Shown here one piece after another: positions 28,756 to 38,230 of a stretch of 64,000 nt of DNA (position 1 is its first letter; each line of letters begins with the position of its first letter). The notes below the pieces were generated by a model. The model did no database searches and was not told where the DNA came from. It saw only the letters and a program-made list of their open reading frames with translations. This DNA comes from an uncultured Rhodospirillaceae bacterium (GTDB taxonomy: Bacteria > Pseudomonadota > Alphaproteobacteria > MPNO01 > UBA830), in NCBI GenBank assembly GCA_963977005.1, contig CAXBMQ010000004.1:32034-96033 (forward strand), read 5' to 3'. The position numbers and the translations under genes are program-made.

Positions 28756-29490
28756 ATGGCAAAGTTCCGTCACACGACGATCGAGAAGAATTCCATCCTG
28801 ATGGTGGTCCTCACCCTTATTGTGGTGTCGATCGGTGGACTGGTTGAGATCGTGCCGCTCTATTACCTCGACAGCACGATCGAGAAGGTGCGCGGCATGC
28901 GACCCTATACGCCGCTGGAACTCGCCGGCCGCAACATCTACCTGCGCGAAGGCTGTTACAATTGCCACTCGCAGATGATCCGCTCGCTGCGCGACGAAGT
29001 CGATCGCTACGGTCATTACAGCCTCGCAGCCGAGAGCAAATACGATCATCCGTTCCAGTGGGGGTCCAAACGCACCGGGCCCGATCTTGCCCGCGTCGGT
29101 GGGCGTTATTCCGACGACTGGCACCGCGAGCACCTGATCAAGCCGACCAGTGTCGTACCGGAATCGATCATGCCCGGGTATCCTTTCCTCGCGAAGCGGC
29201 CCGCACGGCTTGACGATATTGCCAAACACCTCAAGGCGAACGCGACCGTGGGTGTGCCCTATGACGCGGAAATGATCGCCAATGCCGCTGCCGATGCGGC
29301 TGCCCAGGCAAATCCCGACGCCGATGGCGGCGAGGCATTGCTCAAAAGGTATCCGAAGGCGCAAATCCGCGATTTTGACGGCAATCCGGAAGCGGTAACC
29401 GAGATGGACGCCCTGATTGCCTATCTGCAGATGCTGGGCACGCTGGTCGATTTTAAATCCTATCGCGCCGACGGCGAAAACCTGCGCTGA
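28756..29490 (+). CDS. ccoO: cbb3-type cytochrome c oxidase subunit II (monohaem)
   Basis: N-terminal TM anchor, haem motif [10 protein letters not shown], and conserved [19 protein letters not shown]. Confidence 0.95.
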   Translation: MAKFRHTTIEKNSILMVVLTLIVVSIGGLVEIVPLYYLDSTIEKVRGMRPYTPLELAGRNIYLREGCYNCHSQMIRSLRDEVDRYGHYSLAAESKYDHPFQWGSKRTGPDLARVGGRYSDDWHREHLIKPTSVVPESIMPGYPFLAKRPARLDDIAKHLKANATVGVPYDAEMIANAAADAAAQANPDADGGEALLKRYPKAQIRDFDGNPEAVTEMDALIAYLQMLGTLVDFKSYRADGENLR

Positions 29491-29499
29491 GGAAGACCG

Positions 29500-29649
29500 A
29501 TGGATTATGAAACAGCACGTGTATTTGCCGCGACCTGGGGGCTCATCGGACTCTTCACGATGTTTATCGGTGTCCTCGTCTATGCGCTGTGGCCGCGCAA
29601 CCGGGACAAGTTCAGTGATGCCGCGAACATCCCGCTGAAGGAGGATTGA
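29500..29649 (+). CDS. ccoQ: cbb3-type cytochrome c oxidase subunit CcoQ/FixQ (49 aa; not in supplied ORF track)
   Basis: ATG at 29500 with GAGGAA upstream. Sequence MDYETARVFAATWGLIGLFTMFIGVLVYALWPRNRDKFSDAANIPLKED has a single TM segment. It sits between ccoO and ccoP, and its stop overlaps the ccoP start region. Confidence 0.8.
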   Translation: MDYETARVFAATWGLIGLFTMFIGVLVYALWPRNRDKFSDAANIPLKED

Positions 29650-29651
29650 GT

Positions 29652-30551
29652 ATGACAGCGGTAGATTTGCCCCCGAAAAGCGCGGAAGAAATCCCTCCCA
29701 AGAGCCCGGCGGCAAAGTTGCCCGATACCGGCCACGAATGGGACGGCATTCGCGAACTCGACAATCCGTTGCCGCGCTGGTGGTTGTGGACGTGGTACGC
29801 CTGCATTCTGTGGTCGATCGGTTACTGGATTGTCATGCCTGCCTGGCCGCTGATCAGCGGCTATACGGCCGGCGTGATCGGATATTCGCAACGCTCTGTG
29901 GTCGAGAAACAGCTCGCGAGAAATATCGATGCCCAGTCGGTCTATCTCAAACAGATCGCCGCGAAGTCGTTGTCCGAAATTCGCTCGGACCCTGAACTCC
30001 TGTCCTTTGCCATGGCCGGCGGACGTTCCGCCTTCGCAGTGAACTGTTCGCAGTGTCACGGATCCGGCGCGCAGGGCGCCGTCGGTTACCCGAATTTGAA
30101 CGACGATGCGTGGCTCTGGGGCGGCAAGCTCGATCAGATTTCCTACACCATCCAACATGGCATCCGGAACGGCAGTGACGACGCCCGCATCAGCGAGATG
30201 CCCGCCTTCGGCCGCGATGAGATTCTGGAGCCTGGACAGATACGCGATGTCGTCGAATACGTCGTGTCGCTGTCGGGACGTCCCGCGACAGCCGAGGCGG
30301 CAAAACGCGGCGCCGCCATCTTTGCGGAACAATGCGTGGCTTGTCACCGGGAGACGGGCAAGGGCAATCAGGAATTCGGTGCCCCGAATCTGACAGATGC
30401 CATCTGGCTTTATGGCGGCGATAGAGCAGCGCTGCAGGAGACGATCCATAACAGCCGGCGCGGGGTCATGCCCGGCTGGAAGGACCGGCTAACGCCTGAG
30501 GCGATCAAACAGTTGACTGTTTTCGTTCATTCCCTTGGCGGCGGCCAGTAA
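29652..30551 (+). CDS. ccoP: cbb3-type cytochrome c oxidase subunit III (dihaem)
   Basis: ATG at 29652 with AAGGAGGA 7 nt upstream. NPLPRWW motif and two haem motifs, CSQCH and CVACH. Confidence 0.95.
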   Translation: MTAVDLPPKSAEEIPPKSPAAKLPDTGHEWDGIRELDNPLPRWWLWTWYACILWSIGYWIVMPAWPLISGYTAGVIGYSQRSVVEKQLARNIDAQSVYLKQIAAKSLSEIRSDPELLSFAMAGGRSAFAVNCSQCHGSGAQGAVGYPNLNDDAWLWGGKLDQISYTIQHGIRNGSDDARISEMPAFGRDEILEPGQIRDVVEYVVSLSGRPATAEAAKRGAAIFAEQCVACHRETGKGNQEFGAPNLTDAIWLYGGDRAALQETIHNSRRGVMPGWKDRLTPEAIKQLTVFVHSLGGGQ

Positions 30552-30567
30552 CGGGCTGAGTATTCAA

Positions 30568-32043
30568 ATGGCCCCGCAGGATAATTCCGGCCAGACACCC
30601 GATACGGATGACCCGGTCGTAGAACGTATCGATGTCGACGCCGTAAACGCGCCTGCACAACGCCCTCTTTATGAAAAGCGCCGGAAGATATTTCCGCGAA
30701 AGGTGTCGGGGCAGTTCCGCAAGGTCAAATGGGTGATCCTGGCGGCAACGCTGGGGGTCTACTACCTGCTTCCCTGGGTGCGATGGGACCGGGGGCCGAA
30801 TTCGCCCGATCAGGCGGTCCTGGTCGATTTTCCCACCCAGCGTTTCTATTTTTTCTTTATCGAAATCTGGCCGCAGGAGATTTATTTCGTCACCGGGCTT
30901 TTGATTCTGGCGGCGCTGATCCTGTTTCTCGTGACCAGTATCGCGGGGCGGGTATGGTGCGGGTATTCCTGTCCGCAGACGGTCTGGACGGATTTGTTTA
31001 TCTGGGTAGAGCGGCTGATCGAGGGCGACCGGAATGCGCGTGTCCGACTGAACGACGCCCCCTGGACAGCAGAGAAAATTCGCAAGCGCGTTCTGAAGCA
31101 CTCGGCATGGCTTGTGATTGCCGTGTGCACGGGTGGGGCGTGGGTTTTCTATTTTGCCGACGCCCCCACGCTCGCCGTGCAACTCCTCCAGTTCGATGCA
31201 CCGCTGGTCTCCTACGTTTTTATCGGGGTATTGACGTTTACTACCTATATGCTCGCCGGTCATGCACGCGAACAGGTATGCACCTATATGTGCCCGTGGC
31301 CGCGGATTCAGGGAGCGATGCTTGACGAGCATTCGCTGCTGGTGACGTATCGCAAATGGCGGGGCGAACCGCGCGGGCGCCACAAAAAGGGCGAAAGCTG
31401 GGATGGCCGGGGCGATTGCGTCGATTGCAACTCCTGCGTTGCCGTCTGCCCGATGGGGATCGATATCCGCGATGGCGAACAGCTGGAATGTATCAATTGC
31501 GCGCTGTGTATCGATGCCTGCGACGATATCATGGACAAGGTCGGCCGCCCGCGCGGCCTGATCGCCTACGATACCGTGGCCGGGCTGGAAACCCGCACCG
31601 CCGGCGCAGCTTCGCGGCCGAAGCTGTTCCGTCCGCGAACCATAATCTACGCTGTTCTGATCGCCCTGGTGGGAAGTATCATGCTGGTGGCCCTGATGTC
31701 GCGGTCCGACACCGATCTGACGGTGTTGCGTGACAGAAATCCGCTTTTCGTCAAGTTGAGCGATGGCGGTATCCGCAATGGCTATACGGTCAAGATTCTG
31801 AACAAGCAGCGCGAACCGCGGGTCTATGAATTATCTCTGGAAGGGCTGGCGGGTGCGGAGCTTTCGATCGTCGGGCTCAATGACCGCACTGTTCGGGTCG
31901 ACGCCGACCGGCTGCGCAGCATACGCATCGGTGTTACCGCCGCAGGCACCGGCGAGGCCGTTTCGGATTTCTACCTGATCGCGACAGAGACCAAGACGGG
32001 CGCGGTCTTTCGGCACGCCACAACGTTCCGGCGGGCACGATGA
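30568..32043 (+). CDS. ccoG: cbb3 oxidase maturation protein CcoG/FixG (membrane 4Fe-4S ferredoxin)
   Basis: ORF 30535..32043; the ATG at 30568 lies after the ccoP stop. Motifs RVWCGYSCPQTVW, CTYMCPWPR, CVDCNSCVAVCP and CINCALCIDAC. Confidence 0.9.
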   Translation: MAPQDNSGQTPDTDDPVVERIDVDAVNAPAQRPLYEKRRKIFPRKVSGQFRKVKWVILAATLGVYYLLPWVRWDRGPNSPDQAVLVDFPTQRFYFFFIEIWPQEIYFVTGLLILAALILFLVTSIAGRVWCGYSCPQTVWTDLFIWVERLIEGDRNARVRLNDAPWTAEKIRKRVLKHSAWLVIAVCTGGAWVFYFADAPTLAVQLLQFDAPLVSYVFIGVLTFTTYMLAGHAREQVCTYMCPWPRIQGAMLDEHSLLVTYRKWRGEPRGRHKKGESWDGRGDCVDCNSCVAVCPMGIDIRDGEQLECINCALCIDACDDIMDKVGRPRGLIAYDTVAGLETRTAGAASRPKLFRPRTIIYAVLIALVGSIMLVALMSRSDTDLTVLRDRNPLFVKLSDGGIRNGYTVKILNKQREPRVYELSLEGLAGAELSIVGLNDRTVRVDADRLRSIRIGVTAAGTGEAVSDFYLIATETKTGAVFRHATTFRRAR

Positions 32044-32540
32044 CCGGTCAGGGAAAGGTGCTCTCATTCTTTCGTCCGCCGCTGACCGGCCGCCATGTGC
32101 TTGCGATCATCGTGGCGTTCTTTCTGGTGATCTTCGCCGTGAACGGCGTTTTCGTTTATGTTTCGCTCCAGTCTCATCCCGGCGTGACGTCTGACGACGC
32201 CTATCGCAAGGGGCTGGATCACAACCGTACGCTGGATCGTGCCGACCGCCAGAATGCCCGTGGTTGGAGGATCGCCGTTTCCGTGGAAAGCGGAATTGTC
32301 GAGCTTCGCCTGTCGGATCGCGCCGGCGCGCCGTTGACCGGTCTCGCCGTTATTGGCGAAGCCCGCCGCCCCGTACACGACCGGGCGGATAAAAAACTGA
32401 TCCTGAAGGAAACCGGTCCCGGTCTGTATTCCGCTGCCGAAACCAAGCTGCCTGCCGGCCGCTGGGAACTGGTTCTGACTGCTGCCGCCCAAGGCCTCCC
32501 GGACTATCGTATTGAGTATTCCGCGGTCGTACCGCGATGA
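32040..32540 (+). CDS. ccoH: cbb3 oxidase assembly protein CcoH/FixH
   Basis: Start overlaps the ccoG stop. One N-terminal TM segment (HVLAIIVAFFLVIFAVNGVFVYV). Position in the ccoGHIS cluster. Confidence 0.85.
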   Translation: MTGQGKVLSFFRPPLTGRHVLAIIVAFFLVIFAVNGVFVYVSLQSHPGVTSDDAYRKGLDHNRTLDRADRQNARGWRIAVSVESGIVELRLSDRAGAPLTGLAVIGEARRPVHDRADKKLILKETGPGLYSAAETKLPAGRWELVLTAAAQGLPDYRIEYSAVVPR

Positions 32541-34762
32541 ATGCGGTCGATGCTGTCCCGCCGGACGGGTATGCCCCGCAGGGGACCGAAGCCGACCCGT
32601 CTGCCTATGTGCGGAAAGGGGACGGCGATATCGAAACGATCAATCTGCTGGTTGACGGCGTCCATTGCGGTAATTGCATCCAGAAAGTGGAATCGGGGAT
32701 GCGCCGTCAGCCCGGTGTTGTGGAGGCACGGGTAAATCTGTCGACGCGGCGCATGACCCTGAGTTGGCAGGCCGGTGTCGCCCAGCCAGGCGAACTGATC
32801 GGGCGGCTCGATGCGATGGGGTATCCCGCAGTGCCGTTCGACCCCGACGCGCTGCGTGGGCAACAGGCGGAAGAACAGGCTTTTCTGCTCCGCTGTCTGG
32901 CGGTTGCGGCCTTTGCCAGCAGCAATGTGATGCTGCTCTCCGTCGCGGTCTGGGCCGGGGCGTTTTCGGATATGGAATCCGTGACACGCGGCCTGCTTCA
33001 CTGGGTGTCTGCGCTGATTGCCCTGCCGGCGATCGCCTATGCCGGACGGCCGTTCTTTCGGGCGGCGGGACGGGCCGTTGCCGCGCGCAGGGTCAATATG
33101 GATGTGCCGATCTCGGTTGCCGTGATCGTTACCGCCGGTGTCAGTCTGTTCGAGACCGTTTATGGCGGACCGCACGCCTATTTCGATGCGGCGATCATGC
33201 TCCTGTTTTTTCTCCTGATCGGGCGTTACCTCGATTTGCGAACGCGCGGCGCGATGCGGTCAACGGCCGAAAATCTCGCGGCGCTGGCATCCCACCCGGC
33301 AATCGTCGTCGATGGGGACGGCAATCGGCGTGTGTTGCCTGCCCGGGCCGTGACAAAAGGCATGACCGTTTCCGTAGCGACCGGCGATCGCGTGCCGGTC
33401 GACGGCACTATTGCGACGGGAACCACGGTTATCGATTCAAGCCTGCTGACCGGTGAAACGGACCCGGTGGCGGTAGCGCCGGGCGATGCCGTTTTTGCCG
33501 GGACGCTCAATATCGGCGCGGCGATGCAGATCAGGGCGTCGGCCACGGGAGACGACACCGTTCTTGCCGATATCGTCCGACTGGTTGAAAACGCGGAGCA
33601 GGGAAAATCTGTCTATGTGCGACTTGCCGATCGTGCGGCACGTCTCTATGCGCCCGTTGTCCATATTCTGGCGCTTGCCACACTCCTGGGCTGGTGGCTG
33701 GTCGGCGGCGCTTCTTTCCACGCCGCGCTGCTCATTGCCGTTGCAGTTCTGATCATCACTTGTCCCTGTGCGCTTGGCCTCGCGGTGCCCGCGGTTCAGG
33801 TGGTTGCCAGCGGGCGGCTGATGAAGGCCGGTGTTCTCGTAAAGACAGGCGATGCGCTGGAACGTCTTGCTGTCGCCGACACGGTTGTGCTCGACAAGAC
33901 GGGGACGCTGACCCGCGGGCGTCCGGAAATTACCAATCTGGCGGAAATCGATATCGCGGATCTGCAACTCGCGGCGTCGCTTGCGGTGTCGAGCCGGCAT
34001 CCGGTCTGTGCAGCGCTGGTGCGCGCAGCAGGGCCCGTCGCCGTTCGGCCCGATACGGTGGAGACTCCCGGTATGGGGCTCCGGTCTGGGACAGGTTCTG
34101 ACGAGATCAGACTGGGAAACCGGTCATTCTGCGAGGTCGACAGTGACCTGCCGGATCAGGGGACGGAACTCTGGCTGTGCCGGACCGGGACAGACCCCGT
34201 CCGCTTCACTTTTGCCGACGGCCTGCGCCCCGATAGCCACGATTTTGTCGAGTGGCTGCGGGCCGAAGGACTCGAAGTGGAAATACTGTCCGGTGACCGC
34301 CCGGATGCCGTGGCCGAGGTTGCGGCGGCGCTCGGGATCGACCGGTATCGTGCAAATGTACGCCCCGACGGCAAGGTCGCGCGGCTCGCGGAACTCCAGG
34401 CCGAAGGCAGGCAAGTTTTTATGATTGGCGACGGCCTGAACGACGCGCCGTCTCTGGCGGGTGCATTCGTGTCTGCATCGCCGGCATCGGGGGCGGATAT
34501 CGCGCAGACCGCTGCGGATTTCGTCTTTCAGTCGGACCGGCTGGCACCGGTGGCGACGGCCATCCTGATCGCCCGCCGGTCGCGGCGGATGGTGACGGCG
34601 AATTTCGGTCTGGCAGCTGCGTATAACGCGCTGGCCGTACCGCTCGCGATTGCCGGGTTCGTGACGCCGCTGATTGCGGCGGTCGCCATGTCGGCCTCGT
34701 CCATACTGGTGACCCTGAATGCGCTGAGACTGGCGCGGATGAATTTCCGGAGTTACCGGTGA
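32537..34762 (+). CDS. ccoI: Copper-translocating P1B-type ATPase CcoI/FixI
   Basis: N-terminal HMA-like VDGVHCGNC, TGE loop, CPC (ITCPCALGLA), DKTGTLT phosphorylation site, GDGLNDAP hinge. Confidence 0.95.
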   Translation: MNAVDAVPPDGYAPQGTEADPSAYVRKGDGDIETINLLVDGVHCGNCIQKVESGMRRQPGVVEARVNLSTRRMTLSWQAGVAQPGELIGRLDAMGYPAVPFDPDALRGQQAEEQAFLLRCLAVAAFASSNVMLLSVAVWAGAFSDMESVTRGLLHWVSALIALPAIAYAGRPFFRAAGRAVAARRVNMDVPISVAVIVTAGVSLFETVYGGPHAYFDAAIMLLFFLLIGRYLDLRTRGAMRSTAENLAALASHPAIVVDGDGNRRVLPARAVTKGMTVSVATGDRVPVDGTIATGTTVIDSSLLTGETDPVAVAPGDAVFAGTLNIGAAMQIRASATGDDTVLADIVRLVENAEQGKSVYVRLADRAARLYAPVVHILALATLLGWWLVGGASFHAALLIAVAVLIITCPCALGLAVPAVQVVASGRLMKAGVLVKTGDALERLAVADTVVLDKTGTLTRGRPEITNLAEIDIADLQLAASLAVSSRHPVCAALVRAAGPVAVRPDTVETPGMGLRSGTGSDEIRLGNRSFCEVDSDLPDQGTELWLCRTGTDPVRFTFADGLRPDSHDFVEWLRAEGLEVEILSGDRPDAVAEVAAALGIDRYRANVRPDGKVARLAELQAEGRQVFMIGDGLNDAPSLAGAFVSASPASGADIAQTAADFVFQSDRLAPVATAILIARRSRRMVTANFGLAAAYNALAVPLAIAGFVTPLIAAVAMSASSILVTLNALRLARMNFRSYR

Positions 34763-34944
34763 ATATATTGCTGCTGCTCATACCCGTCGCGCTGCTGCTC
34801 GGTCTTGCGGGTCTGGCGGCGTTTATCTGGGCGCTGCGCAGCGGTCAGTTCGAAGATCTCGACGGGGCTGCCGTCCGGATACTGATCGACGATGACGATG
34901 CGTCTTCCGACGCAGGTGATCCGTCCGGGCGGAAGGGCTGTTGA
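34759..34944 (+). CDS. ccoS: cbb3 oxidase maturation protein CcoS/FixS
   Basis: 61 aa. The GTG start overlaps the ccoI stop. A TM helix is followed by WALRSGQFEDLDGAAVRIL. Confidence 0.85.
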   Translation: MNILLLLIPVALLLGLAGLAAFIWALRSGQFEDLDGAAVRILIDDDDASSDAGDPSGRKGC

Positions 34945-34977
34945 ACAGGCCCGTCGGCGCCCGGTGTTTTCGCGGCG

Positions 34978-35736
34978 TTATTTGATGGCGATGCCCTGGC
35001 CTGTCGGCAGTTCGAGAATTTGTACGCCGTGTTCGGCCAGGAAGGCATCCTCGGCAAGTTTCTGTTCACGATAGGCAAACCAGCCATAATCGTCGAAAAC
35101 GATGACCGCGCCCGTGGTCACTTTGTCGAAAAGGCGTTCCAGTGCACCGACCTCCGCTGCTGCGTTGTTCATGTCTATATGCAGGAAAGCGATGTCACCC
35201 GGCGGTTCCAGGGTGTCGAGACTGTCAGGGACGGGACCCTGCGTGATGTGAACATTCGGTGTGTCGTTGAATCTGGCGCAGACTTCTTCGTAAAGAGTCG
35301 CCGAATGATCCGGCATCGAATGGTGGTCCATCGCATCCTGATGTTCGAAAAGGTCGTACAGATAAAACGATTTTTCGCTGCTGGCGAAATCGAGGCAGTC
35401 ACACAGGATACGGGCGGTTACACCCTTGTAGCATCCGCATTCGACGAAATCGCCGGGCAGCTTCATCGCACGTTTTGCAGCCCATGCCAGGACATAAGTA
35501 CGCCAGAGAACCGACTTTTCGATATCGGTATCGGTGTATTTCTCAAACGCCGTCATGAGTTTTTCGTCTTCCAGGAAACTCAGATTGCGATGGAATGTGA
35601 ATAGATTGTCGCCAGCGAACAGGCCCACGGGCGAGACCTGGTTCATTGCCGTCTGGACACCGCTGATGAACTGATTAGCATCGGTCAGACCGAAAAACGC
35701 GCTGGTGATATGATGGTGTTTCTCAGGCTCAAGCAT
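34978..35736 (-). CDS. TylF/MycF-like class I SAM-dependent O-methyltransferase
   Basis: GDFVECGCYKGVTA (motif I) and FLHIDMNNAAAEVGALERLFDKVTTGAVIVFDDY are typical of macrocin-O-methyltransferase-like proteins. Confidence 0.65.
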   Translation of the reverse strand: MLEPEKHHHITSAFFGLTDANQFISGVQTAMNQVSPVGLFAGDNLFTFHRNLSFLEDEKLMTAFEKYTDTDIEKSVLWRTYVLAWAAKRAMKLPGDFVECGCYKGVTARILCDCLDFASSEKSFYLYDLFEHQDAMDHHSMPDHSATLYEEVCARFNDTPNVHITQGPVPDSLDTLEPPGDIAFLHIDMNNAAAEVGALERLFDKVTTGAVIVFDDYGWFAYREQKLAEDAFLAEHGVQILELPTGQGIAIK

Positions 35737-35841
35737 CTCGCAGTCTCCGGAATTGTCCGCAAGACGACGCTAGCGCTGCCCGTTTAATTTACTGTTAAGA
35801 CTAACAGAACCTTTAAAACCTTACGTCGGTTCCGAAAAAGG

Positions 35842-36615
35842 TCAGGACTGTGCGTCGCCCAGCACATCCCGGTAGCAATGCCAGGTGGCATGTCCGATCA
35901 GCGGGAAAATCACGATCAGACCGATGAAACCCAGGCCGATGGCAATCGCGGTCATCATCGCGACGAGCCACCCCCACAGCAGCATTGGCATGAAATTGTC
36001 GCGCATCGCGATCAGGCTGGCGATGGTGGCGGTCATAACGTCGACGTTGCGGTCGACAATCATCGGGATCGAGACGACCGAGATCGAATAGGCGGCAAAT
36101 GCGAGCAGGGCCCCGGTTGCCGTCCCCACGCTGAGGAAAATCACGCCCTGCACGGTCAGAAAAAGCGAACCGAAGATGTCCAACAGCGGTGGCGTGCTGG
36201 ACCCGAAGAACAGGGCGAACATCAGCGTGGCAATGCGGATCCAGAGAAGGGCAAACAGCATCAGCATCAGGCCCATATAGGCAAGATGCAGCGGCGCGCG
36301 GCCGACCGCGCCGATGATGTCGCGCGGACGAAAGGATTCGCCCCGGTCGAAGCGCCGGCTCATCTCGTACAGGCCGACCGCCAGCAGAGGCCCGCCGAAC
36401 ATGAAGGCCGCTGCAAGCGGCAGCAACAGATAGACAAGGTTGAAGTAGTAGAGACAGGCGATCAGCGCGTAGCTGAGCAGCGTTACAAACAAGCCGTAGC
36501 CGAGACTGAGGGACGGACGGCTCCACATATCGGTCCAGCCGCGCGAAAGCCACTGCCAGACATTGTCGGACCTGATTTGCCGGACCGATATATCGGCAAT
36601 CGTATAAGTGCTCAT
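35842..36615 (-). CDS. DUF2189-family integral membrane protein
   Basis: ORF 35842..36666; the ATG at 36615 is preceded by GGAGG. IRSDNVWQWLSRGWTDMW start followed by about 5-6 TM segments. Confidence 0.7.
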   Translation of the reverse strand: MSTYTIADISVRQIRSDNVWQWLSRGWTDMWSRPSLSLGYGLFVTLLSYALIACLYYFNLVYLLLPLAAAFMFGGPLLAVGLYEMSRRFDRGESFRPRDIIGAVGRAPLHLAYMGLMLMLFALLWIRIATLMFALFFGSSTPPLLDIFGSLFLTVQGVIFLSVGTATGALLAFAAYSISVVSIPMIVDRNVDVMTATIASLIAMRDNFMPMLLWGWLVAMMTAIAIGLGFIGLIVIFPLIGHATWHCYRDVLGDAQS

Positions 36616-36709
36616 CGCAGGGTCCCCTCCACTGTGGCGGCATTGGCAACCGCACAAATCTGCCATTCGGCTTGATTATACAGACTAAATCCACACCCTG
36701 TCTGCGAAA

Positions 36710-36723
36710 TTGATCCAGATCAA
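36710..36723. promoter_or_regulatory. Perfect FNR/FixK box TTGATCCAGATCAA
   Basis: Perfect palindrome in the 178-bp divergent region. Centred about 77 bp upstream of the boxB ATG and about 101 bp upstream of the DUF2189 ATG. Confidence 0.7.
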
Positions 36724-36793
36724 TGTCGGCGGGACCGTTCCTTCGTAGTTTTAAGATACTAACCGGATGGTATCTATTTTGGGAGGGAGCAGG

Positions 36794-38218
36794 ATGTCGA
36801 TCAATTATAACGAACGCATACCGAATAACGTGGACATCAGCGAAAACCGGCGTCTTCAGCGGGCGCTGGAGGCCTGGCAACCGCATTATCTCGACTGGTG
36901 GCGCGATATGGGCCCCGAAAACAGCACGGACATGGACGTATATCTGCGAACCGCCGTGAGCGTAGACCCGAAGGGTTGGGCGCAGTTCGGTTATGTCAAA
37001 ATGCCGGACTATCGCTGGGGAATTTTCCTGACGCCGCCGGAAGCCGACCGGAAGATCAATTTCGGCGATCATAAGGGCGAACCCGCCTGGCAGGACGTTC
37101 CCGGCGAGTACCGCAGCACGCTGCGTCGAATCATCGTGACCCAGGGCGATACCGAACCGGCATCTGTCGAACAGCAGCGTCATCTCGGACTGACCTGTCC
37201 GTCTCTCTACGACCTGCGAAACCTGTTCCAGGTCAATGTCGAGGAAGGCCGGCACCTGTGGGCAATGGTTTACCTGCTGCACAACTATTTCGGCCGCGAC
37301 GGCCGGGAAGAGGCGGAGGCCATGCTTGAACGTCGCTCGGGCGATTCGGATCATCCGCGCATTCTGGGCGCTTTCAACGAAAAGACGCCTGACTGGCTCT
37401 CCTTCTTCATGTTCACGTTTCTGACCGACCGGGACGGTAAATATCAGCTCGCGGCCCTCGCAGAATCCGGGTTCGATCCGCTGTCGCGAACCTGCAAGTT
37501 CATGCTGACCGAAGAGGCTCATCATCTGTTCGTGGGCGAATCCGGTATCAGCCGCATATTGCAGCGTACCTGTGAAGTAATGAAGGAGATCGGCAGTACG
37601 GATGCAGACAAGGTGCGAAACGCGGGCGCCATAGATCTCCCAACCATCCAGAAATATCTGAATTTCCATTTCAGTGTGACACTCGACCTGTACGGTTCCG
37701 AAATCTCGACTAATGCTGCCAATTTCTATACCGAGGGGCTCAAGGGACGGTTCGAGGAAACCGGCATCGATGACGACCATCAATTGCAATCCTCGCATTA
37801 CAGCGTCCCGGATCTCAGCGGGGAAAACATCATCGCCCGCGATGTGCCCGCATTGACGGCGCTGAACGAAAGACTGCGTGACGACTACATCGTCGATTGC
37901 GCGAAGGGCGTCGACCGCTTCAACAAGACCCTGGAAAAGGGCGGTACGGATTTCCGCCTGGCACTGCCGCACAAAGCCTTCAACCGGCATATCGGTATAT
38001 TCGCCGAGGCTCATATCGCCCCGGACGGTGCGGTCATCAGCGAAGCCGACTGGACACACCATTCCACGGACTGGCTGCCCGACCATGACGACCATGCCTT
38101 CGTCCAGTCGCTGATGAAACCGGTAACCGAACCCGGAAAAATGGCGTCCTATATCGCCGCGCCGTCCCGCGGCATCGGCAATCAGGTCGTCGATTTCGAA
38201 TACGTCAAACTGCACTAG
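36794..38218 (+). CDS. boxB: Benzoyl-CoA 2,3-epoxidase, di-iron oxygenase component
   Basis: ATG at 36794 after GGGAGGGAG. Strings recognised as BoxB hallmarks: MSINYNERIPNNV, DVYLRTAVSVDPKGWAQFGYVKM, PGEYRSTLRRIIVTQGDTEPASVEQQRHLGLT, NLFQVNVEEGRHLWAMVYLLH, FMLTEEAHHLFVGE. Confidence 0.9.
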   Translation: MSINYNERIPNNVDISENRRLQRALEAWQPHYLDWWRDMGPENSTDMDVYLRTAVSVDPKGWAQFGYVKMPDYRWGIFLTPPEADRKINFGDHKGEPAWQDVPGEYRSTLRRIIVTQGDTEPASVEQQRHLGLTCPSLYDLRNLFQVNVEEGRHLWAMVYLLHNYFGRDGREEAEAMLERRSGDSDHPRILGAFNEKTPDWLSFFMFTFLTDRDGKYQLAALAESGFDPLSRTCKFMLTEEAHHLFVGESGISRILQRTCEVMKEIGSTDADKVRNAGAIDLPTIQKYLNFHFSVTLDLYGSEISTNAANFYTEGLKGRFEETGIDDDHQLQSSHYSVPDLSGENIIARDVPALTALNERLRDDYIVDCAKGVDRFNKTLEKGGTDFRLALPHKAFNRHIGIFAEAHIAPDGAVISEADWTHHSTDWLPDHDDHAFVQSLMKPVTEPGKMASYIAAPSRGIGNQVVDFEYVKLH

Positions 38219-38230
38219 GGAGACCGGCAG

